Assembly: GCA_903832075.1 (NCBI GenBank)
Contig: CAILAF010000511.1
Span: 1 to 38,570 of the forward strand
DNA from: an uncultured Chitinophagaceae bacterium
GTDB lineage: Bacteria > Bacteroidota > Bacteroidia > Chitinophagales > Chitinophagaceae
DNA length: 38,570 nucleotides
Reading direction: 5' to 3'
The position numbers and the translations under genes are program-made. Every line of letters starts with the position of its first letter. The stretch's first letter is position 1. Below are positions 8,123 through 18,628 of the stretch, piece by piece. Under the pieces are notes generated by a model that saw only the letters and a program-made list of their open reading frames with translations, did not search any database and was not told the origin of the DNA.

Positions 8123-8155
8123 AAAAAAGGATTCAATTTTATTGAATCCTTTTTT
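8123..8155. terminator. Bidirectional intrinsic terminator between the PPTase and E2 genes
   Basis: AAAAAA-GGATTCAAT-TTT-ATTGAATCC-TTTTTT. The stem is a perfect 9 bp with a 3-nt loop, flanked by an A-run and a T-run. Confidence 0.85.
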
Positions 8156-8175
8156 ATTAAACATCCTTATTATAA

Positions 8176-9822
8176 TCAATCAATGAATTGTTCTTTCACT
8201 ACTAATTTCAATTGTCTGTTCACATCCCATTTTTCAAATTCTTTTGCAACATCAGATAAGAAACTTGCACCAACACTGCCATCAATAATTCGATGGTCAT
8301 AACTTAATGAAAGATACATCATGTGTCTGATAGCAATAAAATCACCTTTATCAGTTTCAACAACAACAGGTCTTTTCTTAATTGCGCCGGTAGCTAAAAT
8401 AGCCACTTGTGGTTGATTAATGATTGGTGTTCCCATTAAACTTCCGAATGTTCCAACGTTGGTGAAAGTAAAAGTGCCGCCTTGCGTATCATCCGGTTTT
8501 AATTTATAATTGCGAGCAGCATCGGCTAAACCATTTACAGATTTTGCTAATCCAACCAATCCCAATTGTTCAGCATTTTTAATTACCGGAACAATCAAAT
8601 TTTTAGTTGGTAAAGCAGTAGCCATACCAATATTGTAATAATTTTTTATCATAATTCTATCACCTTCAATAGAACTATTGATGATAGGATAACGTTTCAT
8701 CACTCGCACTAAACCTTCAATAAACATTGGAGTAAAAGTAATTTTAGTGCCGGCTTTCTTTTCAAAATCATCTTTTATTCTTTCTCTCCATAAAACCATA
8801 TTAGTAACATCTGCTTCAACAAAACTTGTTACATGTGCACTTGTTTGTTTACTATCCACCATGTGTTTTGCAATCAATTTGCGCATTCTATCCATTTCAA
8901 CAATTTCAACAGATGGCTTTGGTGTTGCAATTGGATCTTCATGAACAGAAGGTGCAACAAAAGTTGATTCAAAAGAATGAGTTTCTTCAACTACTTTTTT
9001 TGTTTCAACTGGATTTGGAATTGGCGGTGGAATATAAACTGGTTGAGGTTGTGGCGTTATAATTTGTTGCGGAACAATAACTGGCGAAGGTTCTGCAATT
9101 TTTGGTATTTCATAAACCGGTTTAATTTCTTCTGCTCGTTTTTCTTGAACAACAGGAATAACAATTTGTTGAACAGGAGCAGCAACGGGTATTTCAATTG
9201 ATGGTGGTGTTGGTGTATAAACCTGTTGTTGTGCAGGAACAAATGCAGGAACTTTTCCTATTCTTTTATCTGCTATGTATTGTAAAACATCTTTCTTGCT
9301 AACACGGCCTTCTGCACCAGTGCCAGGAATTCTTTCTAATTCACTTAAACTTAATCCTTCGCTATTAGCAATATTTAAAACCAATGGAGAAAAGAAACGA
9401 TTATTGCCACCAGTTTTTTGTGCGTGTGATTCTTGCGTTTGAGGAATATATGGAATTGATTCAGGAACGTGAATTGGTTCAAGAACATTTTGTTTAGCAG
9501 GTTCAGATTGTATTACAGGCACTGCTTGATGTTGAACAGGCGTAGCTGCAATGGGTTGAGGAGTTGGTGTTGATGCAGCAACTGCAACTTCAATTTTTGC
9601 AATAACAGCACCCACAGGAACTACATCATTATTATTGAAAAATATTTCAGTAAGTATGCCACTAACTGTTGATGGAACTTCGCTATCAACTTTATCGGTC
9701 GCAATATCCAAAACAGTTTCATCTTGCTTTACATGGTCGCCAACTTTTTTATGCCAACGCAAAATAGTTGCTTCCATTATGCTTTCACCCATTTTGGGCA
9801 TTACCAAATCTACTATTGCCAT
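8176..9822 (-). CDS. 2-oxoacid dehydrogenase complex E2 (dihydrolipoyllysine-residue acyltransferase), probably of pyruvate dehydrogenase
   Basis: 548 aa with a lipoyl domain (IATDKVDSEV), an E3/E1-binding domain (SPLVLNIA...GTGAEGRVSKKDV), long P/Q/V-rich linkers and the catalytic DHRIIDG motif. Substrate specificity is not determinable from the sequence alone. Confidence 0.88.
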   Translation of the reverse strand: MAIVDLVMPKMGESIMEATILRWHKKVGDHVKQDETVLDIATDKVDSEVPSTVSGILTEIFFNNNDVVPVGAVIAKIEVAVAASTPTPQPIAATPVQHQAVPVIQSEPAKQNVLEPIHVPESIPYIPQTQESHAQKTGGNNRFFSPLVLNIANSEGLSLSELERIPGTGAEGRVSKKDVLQYIADKRIGKVPAFVPAQQQVYTPTPPSIEIPVAAPVQQIVIPVVQEKRAEEIKPVYEIPKIAEPSPVIVPQQIITPQPQPVYIPPPIPNPVETKKVVEETHSFESTFVAPSVHEDPIATPKPSVEIVEMDRMRKLIAKHMVDSKQTSAHVTSFVEADVTNMVLWRERIKDDFEKKAGTKITFTPMFIEGLVRVMKRYPIINSSIEGDRIMIKNYYNIGMATALPTKNLIVPVIKNAEQLGLVGLAKSVNGLADAARNYKLKPDDTQGGTFTFTNVGTFGSLMGTPIINQPQVAILATGAIKKRPVVVETDKGDFIAIRHMMYLSLSYDHRIIDGSVGASFLSDVAKEFEKWDVNRQLKLVVKEQFID

Positions 9823-10043
9823 ACTAATCTTTCAGATTTAAATGGGATAAATTGTACCAACTAATCCATTCTATTTTCCTTTTGCAAGAACTTCTCAAAT
9901 TACAAAGTGGATAAATAATTAACTCATTGAAAACAAATCTCTAATCACATAAATTGTTCAAATTCTATTTAACCAAATCATAAAAGCGTTGGCAAGCAAA
10001 AGCAAACCATCATCAAAAATAATTTTTAACTGTTGAAAGTTAT

Positions 10044-11300
10044 TCAACGGTTATCCACAATTAACTGACGCATTAAATTTAATGCATTCGTTGCAGTTAA
10101 TTGAATATTTCTTGTTCTATCAAAACGAAAATGAAATTTCTTTGATATGATCTTATATTTACTCGCCACTGCTACCCATGCAGTACCAACTGGCTTTTCA
10201 TGAGTGCCGCCATCGGGTCCCATAATTCCACTCACTGCAATTGCATAATCTGTTTTCATTAATTGCATTACATTTTTAACCATTTCGCAAACTGTCTCTT
10301 CACTAACGGCACCAACAGTATTCAATGTTATATTTTTAACATTCAATACTTCTTCTTTCACAGCATAAGAATAACTCACAACACTTCCTTCATAATAAGC
10401 GGATGATCCTGGTATGGAAGTTAATAAATGCGCAATATAGCCACCGGTACAGCTTTCTGCAGTTGCGATAGTTTGTTTTCTTTCCTTTAATAATTTGCCA
10501 ATAACAGCTTCCAGAGAGATATCTTCATCAACAACTAAATATTCTTTCACTAAATTTTTTAAAGTAGAAAATAAAGTATCAATTGTTTCAACTAATTTAT
10601 TTTTATCATTACTAAAACCAGTTAAACGTAAACGAATCATTCCGTCATTTGGTAAATAAGCCAATTTGATATTAGATTGAATTTTTTCTTCAAAATCTTT
10701 AATCATTTCTGCCAAATAAGATTCACCAATTCCGGCAGTTAATAAAGTTCTATGTTCAATAAATCCTGTTTTAAAATTTTGAGAGATGATATTTAGCACC
10801 TCATTATGCATAATCCATTTCATTTCATGTGGCACACCGGGCAACGCAATAAAAATTTTTTCATCTTTTTCAAATAACATCCCTGGTGCTGTTCCTCTTT
10901 CATTTTTTAAAACAGTACAAACATCAGGTACTTCGGCTTGTTTGCGATTGCGATCAATCATTGGTCGCTTAAATTTTTTTTCAAACAAATCGGTAATATA
11001 ATCTAATGTCGGTTGATGCATTATCATCTTTCCGCCAAAATAATCACACAATAAAGGTTTGGTAATATCATCAGCAGTTGGACCTAATCCACCTGTTATT
11101 AAAATTATATCTGCCTGTTTACTTTCTTCATTTAAGGCATTCCAAATATCATCATATACATCACCAACTGCAATACGATGTTTAACGGATACTCCAATTT
11201 TATTTAACTCTTGTGCTATCCATGCGCTATTTGTATCAATAACTTGTCCAATCAATAATTCATCGCCAATGGTAATAATTGTTGCAAAAACTTTTTTCAT
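10044..11300 (-). CDS. cinA: CinA family protein (MoCF-binding domain plus NMN deamidase PncC-like domain)
   Basis: I prefer the start at ATG 11300 (MKKVFATIITIGDELLIGQ). The longer track ORF adds 38 implausible residues. The C-terminal TAESCTGG motif is present. Confidence 0.88.
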   Translation of the reverse strand: MKKVFATIITIGDELLIGQVIDTNSAWIAQELNKIGVSVKHRIAVGDVYDDIWNALNEESKQADIILITGGLGPTADDITKPLLCDYFGGKMIMHQPTLDYITDLFEKKFKRPMIDRNRKQAEVPDVCTVLKNERGTAPGMLFEKDEKIFIALPGVPHEMKWIMHNEVLNIISQNFKTGFIEHRTLLTAGIGESYLAEMIKDFEEKIQSNIKLAYLPNDGMIRLRLTGFSNDKNKLVETIDTLFSTLKNLVKEYLVVDEDISLEAVIGKLLKERKQTIATAESCTGGYIAHLLTSIPGSSAYYEGSVVSYSYAVKEEVLNVKNITLNTVGAVSEETVCEMVKNVMQLMKTDYAIAVSGIMGPDGGTHEKPVGTAWVAVASKYKIISKKFHFRFDRTRNIQLTATNALNLMRQLIVDNR

Positions 11301-11341
11301 ACACTTCTTCAGTATAATTTTAGTGCAAAGTAAATGATTGA

Positions 11342-12754
11342 ATGATGAAAACATATACGTTAGCGATAAGTTTATTATTTCTTGTAAATATTTCGCTCTC
11401 TCAATCTGTAACACAAAAGATTGATAATGCAGTGAAACGTTTGATGGCAGACAGTTCTATGAAACATGCAATTTTTAGTTTGTATGTAGTGAATGGTAAT
11501 TCGAATGAAGTAATATATGATTTGAATTCGCAATTTGGATTAGCGCCTGCAAGTTGCCAGAAAATTTTTACCAGTATTGCAGCAATGGATTTTTTAGGAC
11601 ATGATTATCGGTTTAAAACAGAATTGGGTTATGATGGAACAATAAAAAAGGATGAATTAAATGGTAATTTATTTTTAATTGGTTATGGAGATCCCACATT
11701 GGGAAGTTGGCGATTTAGTGAAACAAAAGATTCTGTTGTTTTAAATAAATGGATGAGTGCAATTAATAGTGCCGGCATAAAAAAAATTAATGGCAATATT
11801 TATTTAGATAATTCAAAATTTTCTTTCAATCCAATTCCCGGTGGATGGATTTGGGATGATATTGGTAATTATTATGGTGCCGGACATTGGGCATTGAATT
11901 GGCATGAGAATCAATACGACCTTATAATGCAGCCGGGTTTAAATGAAGGTGATGATGTAAAAATTTTAAGAACTAATCCTGAGTTACAAGCTAATAGTTT
12001 AATTAGTTTAATTAAAACAGGAAAGAAAGGAAGCGGCGATAATGGTTATATTTTCTTACCACCTTATTCACCATTTGGTTTTGTTGAAGGAACAATTCCT
12101 TTGCAGGAAAAAGAATTTAGTATTGCAGGTGCAATTCCTTCTTCAACTAATCAAATTGCTTTTGTTTTAGAAAAGAAATTATCTGATAATCAGATTAAAG
12201 TAAAAGAATTTAAAACTTCTGAAGAGTTTATTGCAAACAAAACGACTATTCCATCATTATCGAAAATTTTATTCACGCATTATTCTCCTTCGCTCGATAG
12301 CATCAATTATTATTTTTTAAAACGCAGTATCAATTTATATGGTGAAGCATTCATAAAAACAATTGCTTATGAAAAAAAAGGATATGGAAATACTGATTCC
12401 GGAATTGCAATTGTAAAAAAATATTGGCAGGAGCGTGGTATAGAAAAATCAGCATTACATATTATAGATGGAAGTGGCTTATCGCCGCAAAACCGCGTCA
12501 CCACTTATGCTTTGGTGACTGCTTTGCAATATGCCAAAACAAGAGATTGGTTTAATTCTTTCTATTTTGATTTGCCCGAATACAATCAAATGAAATTAAA
12601 AAGTGGAAGTATTGGCGGTGCAAGAAGTTTTGCAGGCTATCATACTTCAAAAGGCGGAACACCATATACAGTTGCAATCATGGTAAATAATTTTGATGGT
12701 TCATCATCTTCAATTGTTGAGAAAATGTTTTTGATACTAAATGAATTAAAGTAA
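11342..12754 (+). CDS. dacB: D-alanyl-D-alanine carboxypeptidase/endopeptidase (PBP4, peptidase S13)
   Basis: It has a signal peptide, SxxK (ASCQK), DGSGLSPQN and a KSG-type motif (LKSGSIGG). Confidence 0.85.
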   Translation: MMKTYTLAISLLFLVNISLSQSVTQKIDNAVKRLMADSSMKHAIFSLYVVNGNSNEVIYDLNSQFGLAPASCQKIFTSIAAMDFLGHDYRFKTELGYDGTIKKDELNGNLFLIGYGDPTLGSWRFSETKDSVVLNKWMSAINSAGIKKINGNIYLDNSKFSFNPIPGGWIWDDIGNYYGAGHWALNWHENQYDLIMQPGLNEGDDVKILRTNPELQANSLISLIKTGKKGSGDNGYIFLPPYSPFGFVEGTIPLQEKEFSIAGAIPSSTNQIAFVLEKKLSDNQIKVKEFKTSEEFIANKTTIPSLSKILFTHYSPSLDSINYYFLKRSINLYGEAFIKTIAYEKKGYGNTDSGIAIVKKYWQERGIEKSALHIIDGSGLSPQNRVTTYALVTALQYAKTRDWFNSFYFDLPEYNQMKLKSGSIGGARSFAGYHTSKGGTPYTVAIMVNNFDGSSSSIVEKMFLILNELK

Positions 12755-12786
12755 TTATCTTTCGCATCAACAAAAAAATAACGATT

Positions 12787-13215
12787 ATGAAAGAACAAAA
12801 TTTTAAAAACCACCCCCAATTTGTTCCGGCTTATCATTATGTTGCATCAACATTACTATTAGCTATTCTTATTGGTTCATTAGTTAATTTGGCACACAGC
12901 ACAAAAGAAAGTTTATATTCTGCTTCATTAATTTGTGCGTTAACAATTGTGTCAATAATCATTTGGTTTTATATGCGAGTGTTTGCATTGAAAGTACAAG
13001 ACAGAGCCATTCGTGCAGAAGAAAATTTTCGTCATTTTATTTTGACTGGAAAACCTTTCGATAAGTCTTTGCATCTTTCTCAAATCATTGCATTACGTTT
13101 TGCAAGTGATGAAGAGTTTGTACAATTAGCAAAGCGTGCAGTTGATGAAAATCTTACTAATAAACAAATCAAACAATCAGTTCAACATTGGAGAGCAGAT
13201 CATCATCGTGCATGA
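12787..13215 (+). CDS. Small two-TM membrane protein of unknown function (possibly DUF6526-like)
   Basis: 142 aa with two hydrophobic helices and a charged C-terminal half. The family name is recalled from memory only. Confidence 0.55.
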   Translation: MKEQNFKNHPQFVPAYHYVASTLLLAILIGSLVNLAHSTKESLYSASLICALTIVSIIIWFYMRVFALKVQDRAIRAEENFRHFILTGKPFDKSLHLSQIIALRFASDEEFVQLAKRAVDENLTNKQIKQSVQHWRADHHRA

Positions 13216-13216
13216 T

Positions 13217-13627
13217 TTAAATAAAAAAAGGGGTTAATTTTTTTCTCAATTCTTCAGGCATTGTTACTTTATTTCTTGTTTTTGCATCCAAGAAATACAA
13301 TACTACTTTTCCTGATGTAAGCATTTTTCCTTTTTCATTAAACACTTCCTGATAAAATTCTATTCGATGTTTTGTAGGCAATTCGCGTATTTGTGTTTTA
13401 ACAGTTAGTAAATCATCATAAGTAGCCGGACGCAAATATTTAATATGCAATTCAACCACAGGCATTATCACGCCTTGTTCTTCCATGTCTTTGTAAGTAT
13501 AGCCTAATTGGCGAATGCTTTCAACTCTGCCCACTTCAAAGTATTGCGCATAATTACCATAATACACAATATTCATTTGATCTGTTTCTGCATAGCGCAC
13601 TCTAATTTGTGTTTGTGTTTCGTACAT
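13217..13627 (-). CDS. Acyl-CoA thioesterase, 4HBT/YbgC family
   Basis: 136 aa with the hotdog-fold signature VRYAETDQMNIVYYGNYAQYFE. Confidence 0.85.
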   Translation of the reverse strand: MYETQTQIRVRYAETDQMNIVYYGNYAQYFEVGRVESIRQLGYTYKDMEEQGVIMPVVELHIKYLRPATYDDLLTVKTQIRELPTKHRIEFYQEVFNEKGKMLTSGKVVLYFLDAKTRNKVTMPEELRKKLTPFFI

Positions 13628-13775
13628 GGAATAACAAAATTTGTTGGTAAAGTTAATGGTGTTTCTTCTTTATCCACAAACAATGGAACGATGTTTGTTT
13701 AAAAGAGTTCAGTGGTAACTTTATTTGCATTTTACCTTTTTATTAAGAAACAAACTGGAATCTTTGTAACTCATT

Positions 13776-16700
13776 ATGCGAAAATCCTTTTCAATATTCC
13801 TTGCATGTTGGTGTTGTATTGTAATTAATACAGGCAATGCACAATCCACTAAAATCAATAATGATCCAGATGCTGACTTTAAACAAGCAAAAGAATTTTT
13901 TCAAAAAGAGCAATATAGTTTAGCCTATCCTGTTTTTAAAAATTTGTATAGTAATGGTGTTGGCAATACTTATTATCCTATTACTATTCAAACGGAAGCA
14001 AAGTATTATTATATCACTTGTGGATTAAAATTAAATGATGCTACTGCCGAACCATTGGCAATTGATTTTATTGATTTAGAGCATCACGAACCACGTATTC
14101 AGTTAATGAGTTATCAGCTGGCAGAATATTATTTCAGGAAAAATAATTTTGCAGATGCATTAACTTATTATGATAAATCAGGAATTGATAATTTATCGAA
14201 TGCAGAAATTGCAGAATTGAAATTCAATAAAGGATATTGCTATTTTTCCATGCAGAAATTCAATGAAGCAAAACCTTTGTTTAATGTTATACGACAAATA
14301 AAATCTGATTCTAATTATTGTGATGCCAACTATTATTATGGCTTTATTAATTTTTCTGAAAAAAATTATGATGAAGCATTGCAATGTTTCATTATTGCTG
14401 CAACTGATGCAACCTATCAAAACATAGTGCCATTCTATATTGCAGAGATTTATTATTTTAATGGTGACAGAGATAAAGCATTGCAATATGCTGAACAATC
14501 AATTAAAAAAGGTGGTCAGTTTTATGATATTCCTTTAAAACAATTAGCAGGTCATCTTCATTTCGAAAAAAGAGAATATGCACAAGCATTACCATATTTA
14601 CAAGAGTATGTTCAAAAAAATGAAAAGGTTAGTCGCGAAGATTTGTATGAATTATCTTATTGTTATTATGCTGCGGGTAATTGGAATAAAAGTATTGATG
14701 GCTTTAAACAATTAGGTGGTAAAGAAGATTCATTGGCACAAAATAGTATGTATTTATTGGCTGATGCATATTTAAAAACCGATCAAAAAGTAAATGCAAG
14801 AAATGCATTTTTATTTTGTGCCAGCAATAACAGTAATCCTACACAAAAAGAAATTTCTTCTTTCAGTTATGCAAAACTTAGTTATGAATTAAGTTATTTA
14901 GATATTGCATTAAAAGAGTTTCAAAATTTTATTGCAGCTTATCCAAATTCAAATTATGTATTAGAAGCAAAAGAGTTGGAAGTTTCTGTTTTAGCCAATA
15001 CAAGTAATTACAAAGATGCATTGACTTTGTTTGAAAGTTTACCAAAGCAAAGTGAAAGTATTAAAAAAATATATCCAAGAATTTTATATGGCAGAGCAGT
15101 TGAATTATTGAATGATCAACAAATTGATAGCGCTAATGCTTTGCTGACAAGGGTTTTAGCGTTACCTTATAATCAAGCACAGTTACAATTTATATATTTC
15201 TGGAAAGGAGAACTCGCTTATCGAAATGGAAATATTAATGAAGCGATTGTTTATTTAACAGATTATTTAAAGAATCCGCAAGTAAATGGTGAAGTGAATA
15301 TCATTAATGCAAAATATGATTTGGCTTATGCATTATTAAAGAAAGAAGATTATAAAAATGCTTTGGAATATTTCCAACAAGTAGCAAAAAATATTTCTTT
15401 TAATTCAACTGCCATTGAACAAGATGCTTATATAAGAGCTGCGGATTGTTATTTCATGAATAAAAACTTGAAGCAAGCATTATTAATGTATGAGAATGTT
15501 ATTTACTTGAATGGAAAGAATGCTGATTATGCTTTGTTTCAAAAAGCGATCATTGCAGGTGCTTCAAATAAAAATGTAGATAAAGTAGGTTTATTACAGA
15601 GCTTATTAATTAAATATCCGAATTCAACTTTAATTGCCGAAGTAAATATGGAGATGGCTAATACATATTTAGCGGACGAGGATTATGAAAATGCGATTAC
15701 TCCTTTGAATAATGTAATAAAAAATAAAAATGCCACTTCATTACAACCTCAAGCATATTTAAAAACCGGTGTTGCGTATTTTAATTTAAAAAAGAATGAT
15801 GATGCGTTAAATTATTTTAAACAATTAGTTTCTAATTATCCTAATTCAGAAGAAAGTGATGAAGCAGTTGAATACATCAGAAATATTTTTATTGCTAATC
15901 AGAATCCGGGAGAATTTGTTTCTTTCATGCGAAAAAATGGAAAGAATGTTTCTTATAATGAAGAAGATTCTTTAACCTATCGTTCCGCAGCAATGCGTTA
16001 CGAATCAAAAGATTTTATAAATGCTAAACAAGGGTTAACTGATTATCTTTCTAAATTTCCTGATGGTCGTTATTCTATTGAAGCCAATTATTTTTTGGCA
16101 GAAACTAATATCAACAATAAAAATTTTAATACAGCATTGCCATTCTATAATGCAGTGGCAGCAAAGGCTCCAAACAAATATGCAGAAAGAAGTGCATTAC
16201 AAAGTGCAAGAATTTATTATTTTGATTTGAAAGATTTTAATAATGCAGAAACTTATTATGCGCAATTAAAATCAATTGCAACGCAACAAGAAAACAAATT
16301 AGAAGCCATGCGTGGTTTATTGCGTTGCCAGTTTAAACTGCAACAATGGAAAGAAGCTTCTGCCAATGCACAGGATATTTTACAAGAGAAAGGAACTGCG
16401 ACCGATGATAAGATGATGGCTAATTTAATTGTAGCTAAAAGTTTTCAACTTAACAATCAATTAGACGAAGCAACCATTGCATATAAACAAGTAATTCTTA
16501 TTGGTAAATCAGAGTTTGGTGCAGAATCAAAATATCATATTGCTGAAATTTTATTTCTACAAAGTAAATTTAGTGAAGCTGAGAAAGCTGCATTTGATGT
16601 AGTTAAGAAGGAAGGTTCTTATGAATATTGGGTAACGAAGAGTTATATTTTGTTGGGAGATATTTATTTTAAAGAAAAAGATTTGTTTAATGCAGAAGCA

Positions 16701-16817
16701 ACTTATAAAAGCGTTGCAGAGAATGCAACCAATGATGATTTGAAAAAAGAAGCTCAACAGAAATTAGAAAATGTGATTCAAGAAAAATCAAAGACCGAAA
16801 AAGTTGAACAACAATAA
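13776..16817 (+). CDS. Large secreted tetratricopeptide-repeat protein
   Basis: 1013 aa. The signal peptide ends GNA|Q. TPR-like A/Y/L periodicity runs throughout (e.g. YYFRKNNFADALTYYDK, AEIYYFNGDRDKALQYAEQ). Confidence 0.8.
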   Translation: MRKSFSIFLACWCCIVINTGNAQSTKINNDPDADFKQAKEFFQKEQYSLAYPVFKNLYSNGVGNTYYPITIQTEAKYYYITCGLKLNDATAEPLAIDFIDLEHHEPRIQLMSYQLAEYYFRKNNFADALTYYDKSGIDNLSNAEIAELKFNKGYCYFSMQKFNEAKPLFNVIRQIKSDSNYCDANYYYGFINFSEKNYDEALQCFIIAATDATYQNIVPFYIAEIYYFNGDRDKALQYAEQSIKKGGQFYDIPLKQLAGHLHFEKREYAQALPYLQEYVQKNEKVSREDLYELSYCYYAAGNWNKSIDGFKQLGGKEDSLAQNSMYLLADAYLKTDQKVNARNAFLFCASNNSNPTQKEISSFSYAKLSYELSYLDIALKEFQNFIAAYPNSNYVLEAKELEVSVLANTSNYKDALTLFESLPKQSESIKKIYPRILYGRAVELLNDQQIDSANALLTRVLALPYNQAQLQFIYFWKGELAYRNGNINEAIVYLTDYLKNPQVNGEVNIINAKYDLAYALLKKEDYKNALEYFQQVAKNISFNSTAIEQDAYIRAADCYFMNKNLKQALLMYENVIYLNGKNADYALFQKAIIAGASNKNVDKVGLLQSLLIKYPNSTLIAEVNMEMANTYLADEDYENAITPLNNVIKNKNATSLQPQAYLKTGVAYFNLKKNDDALNYFKQLVSNYPNSEESDEAVEYIRNIFIANQNPGEFVSFMRKNGKNVSYNEEDSLTYRSAAMRYESKDFINAKQGLTDYLSKFPDGRYSIEANYFLAETNINNKNFNTALPFYNAVAAKAPNKYAERSALQSARIYYFDLKDFNNAETYYAQLKSIATQQENKLEAMRGLLRCQFKLQQWKEASANAQDILQEKGTATDDKMMANLIVAKSFQLNNQLDEATIAYKQVILIGKSEFGAESKYHIAEILFLQSKFSEAEKAAFDVVKKEGSYEYWVTKSYILLGDIYFKEKDLFNAEATYKSVAENATNDDLKKEAQQKLENVIQEKSKTEKVEQQ

Positions 16818-16830
16818 AGTAGTATAACTG

Positions 16831-18612
16831 ATGAGATCAACATATAAGATATTATTTTTCATTTTGATGATATGCATTCCTTTTGCATCGGTTCATGCGC
16901 AAAAGAAAGCAAAAAAGAAAACAACTTCTTCATCAACAACAAAAAAGAAAAAATCAAGTCCAAAGAATCCTGCAAAACAAACATCTTCAGTTACTGCACC
17001 TGCGGTTTTGATGAACACAGTTCGCGAAAAAGCAACAGAAAATATTTTGAAAGACAGCACGCCAAAAACAGTAACTATTACTTCTTCTTTCAAACCAATA
17101 TTAAGAAATGCTGCTAAAATTAATTTTACTGCATCAGCGCCAATATTAGACTCCACAAGGATTCCATTAACATACAATGTTCCAGCACAAAATTTATTTT
17201 TCTCTTATCAACCTATTTCCATAAAGCCATTAGCATTAACTATTGATAGTGGTTTTCATTGGGAAAATGATAAATACGTTAAAGCAGGCTTTGGAAATTA
17301 TTCAACACCATATCTTGAAACCGGAATGTCATTTGGCGATGGAAAAAATTCTATTATTCGTTTAGATGGAAAATATACTTCATCAAAAGGTAATATTGCT
17401 TTTCAACAATTCAGTAAGTTTAATGTTGAGATGTTAGGCATCTTTAATACAGCAAGTAATAATGAAATAGTTTCAAAAGTTTTTGTTGATAATAGTCTGC
17501 AATATAAATATGGTTATACACCTTCAACATTAACTTTTGCAAAAGATCAATTAGAACAACAATTTAATAATGTTGGAATTGAATTTGGAATTAGAAATAA
17601 AGTCGCAACAGGTTTTGGAATTACTTATCATCCAGAAATTCATCTCAATTATTTTTCTGATAATCGAAATGCCAACGAATTAGACTTTATCGCTAAAGCT
17701 GCACTGAATAAGGCTTTTGGAAGATTGTTTGCTTTTGATGTGACAGGAACGGCCGATGTTACTTCATTAAAATTGCCAACATCAACGATCAGCAATAATA
17801 TATTTTATATCAATCCAACAATTCAATTTAATACACCAAACTTTAAATTATATACCGGTATACAACCTACTTGGGATAATCAAGTATTTTCTATGTTACC
17901 AAACATTACTGCTGAAGCAAAAATAAAAGATGAGAAATTTATTTTGCAAGCCGGATGGATTGGATATTTTAATAAAAATACTTATCAATCATTATCTGCT
18001 TTTAATCCTTGGATAGCACAACCGTCACAATTATTGAATGCGAAAGTTCAAGAACAATATGCCGGGTTTAAAGGAAGTGCAGGTAAACATTTTACTTACA
18101 ATGCAAGATTATCATTCATAAAAATTAATAATCAAGCTTTGTTTGTAAATGATACTGCAAAATTAAATTCGCAAACATTTGATGTATTATACGAAACTCA
18201 ATTACAAGGATTACGTTTGCATGGTGAAGTAAGTTACACCGATCAGGAAAAATTATCAATGATGGCTGCACTTACTTTTACGCAATACACCAATCAAACT
18301 AAATATGATAAGCCTTGGGGAATTTTGCCTTTAGAGTTATCAGGCAGTTTGAGATACAAAATTTTAAAAGATCTGCAAATAAAATCAGATATTTTTATAT
18401 GGGATGGAACTAATTATAGGAATAATAGTTTGCAATCCCAAAAACTGTCGCCTGCCCTGGATTTCAATCTGGGAGCGGAGTTTACCGTTATGCCAAAGCT
18501 TAATCTTTGGTTACAGTTTAATAATATGTTCAATAGTCATTATCAAAGATGGAACCAATATGATGTTTTAGGTTTCAATGTTTTGGGAGGAGTTGTATAT
18601 TCGTTCCACTAA
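16831..18612 (+). CDS. Putative outer-membrane beta-barrel protein (Porin_10-like)
   Basis: 593 aa. The signal peptide ends VHA|Q and is followed by a ~45-aa K/S/T-rich segment. Alternating-hydrophobicity strands rich in Y/F/G/N continue to the C-terminus (GGVVYSFH). It starts 13 nt after the TPR gene. Confidence 0.65.
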   Translation: MRSTYKILFFILMICIPFASVHAQKKAKKKTTSSSTTKKKKSSPKNPAKQTSSVTAPAVLMNTVREKATENILKDSTPKTVTITSSFKPILRNAAKINFTASAPILDSTRIPLTYNVPAQNLFFSYQPISIKPLALTIDSGFHWENDKYVKAGFGNYSTPYLETGMSFGDGKNSIIRLDGKYTSSKGNIAFQQFSKFNVEMLGIFNTASNNEIVSKVFVDNSLQYKYGYTPSTLTFAKDQLEQQFNNVGIEFGIRNKVATGFGITYHPEIHLNYFSDNRNANELDFIAKAALNKAFGRLFAFDVTGTADVTSLKLPTSTISNNIFYINPTIQFNTPNFKLYTGIQPTWDNQVFSMLPNITAEAKIKDEKFILQAGWIGYFNKNTYQSLSAFNPWIAQPSQLLNAKVQEQYAGFKGSAGKHFTYNARLSFIKINNQALFVNDTAKLNSQTFDVLYETQLQGLRLHGEVSYTDQEKLSMMAALTFTQYTNQTKYDKPWGILPLELSGSLRYKILKDLQIKSDIFIWDGTNYRNNSLQSQKLSPALDFNLGAEFTVMPKLNLWLQFNNMFNSHYQRWNQYDVLGFNVLGGVVYSFH

Positions 18613-18628
18613 ATGCAGATAAAAGTTA

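Noticed and set aside
8950-9560. Repetitive-looking DNA and overlapping reverse-frame ORFs in the middle of the E2 gene.
   Set aside because: They are explained by the long Pro/Gln/Val/Ile-rich flexible linkers between the lipoyl, subunit-binding and catalytic domains. This is a normal feature of E2 proteins, although the linkers here are long.
16891-16990. An A-rich low-complexity tract at the start of the beta-barrel gene, considered as a possible slippery or phase-variable site.
   Set aside because: It is an imperfect Lys/Ser/Thr-coding tract without a long uninterrupted homopolymer or exact tandem unit. It is better read as a disordered tether and is mentioned under the triad finding.
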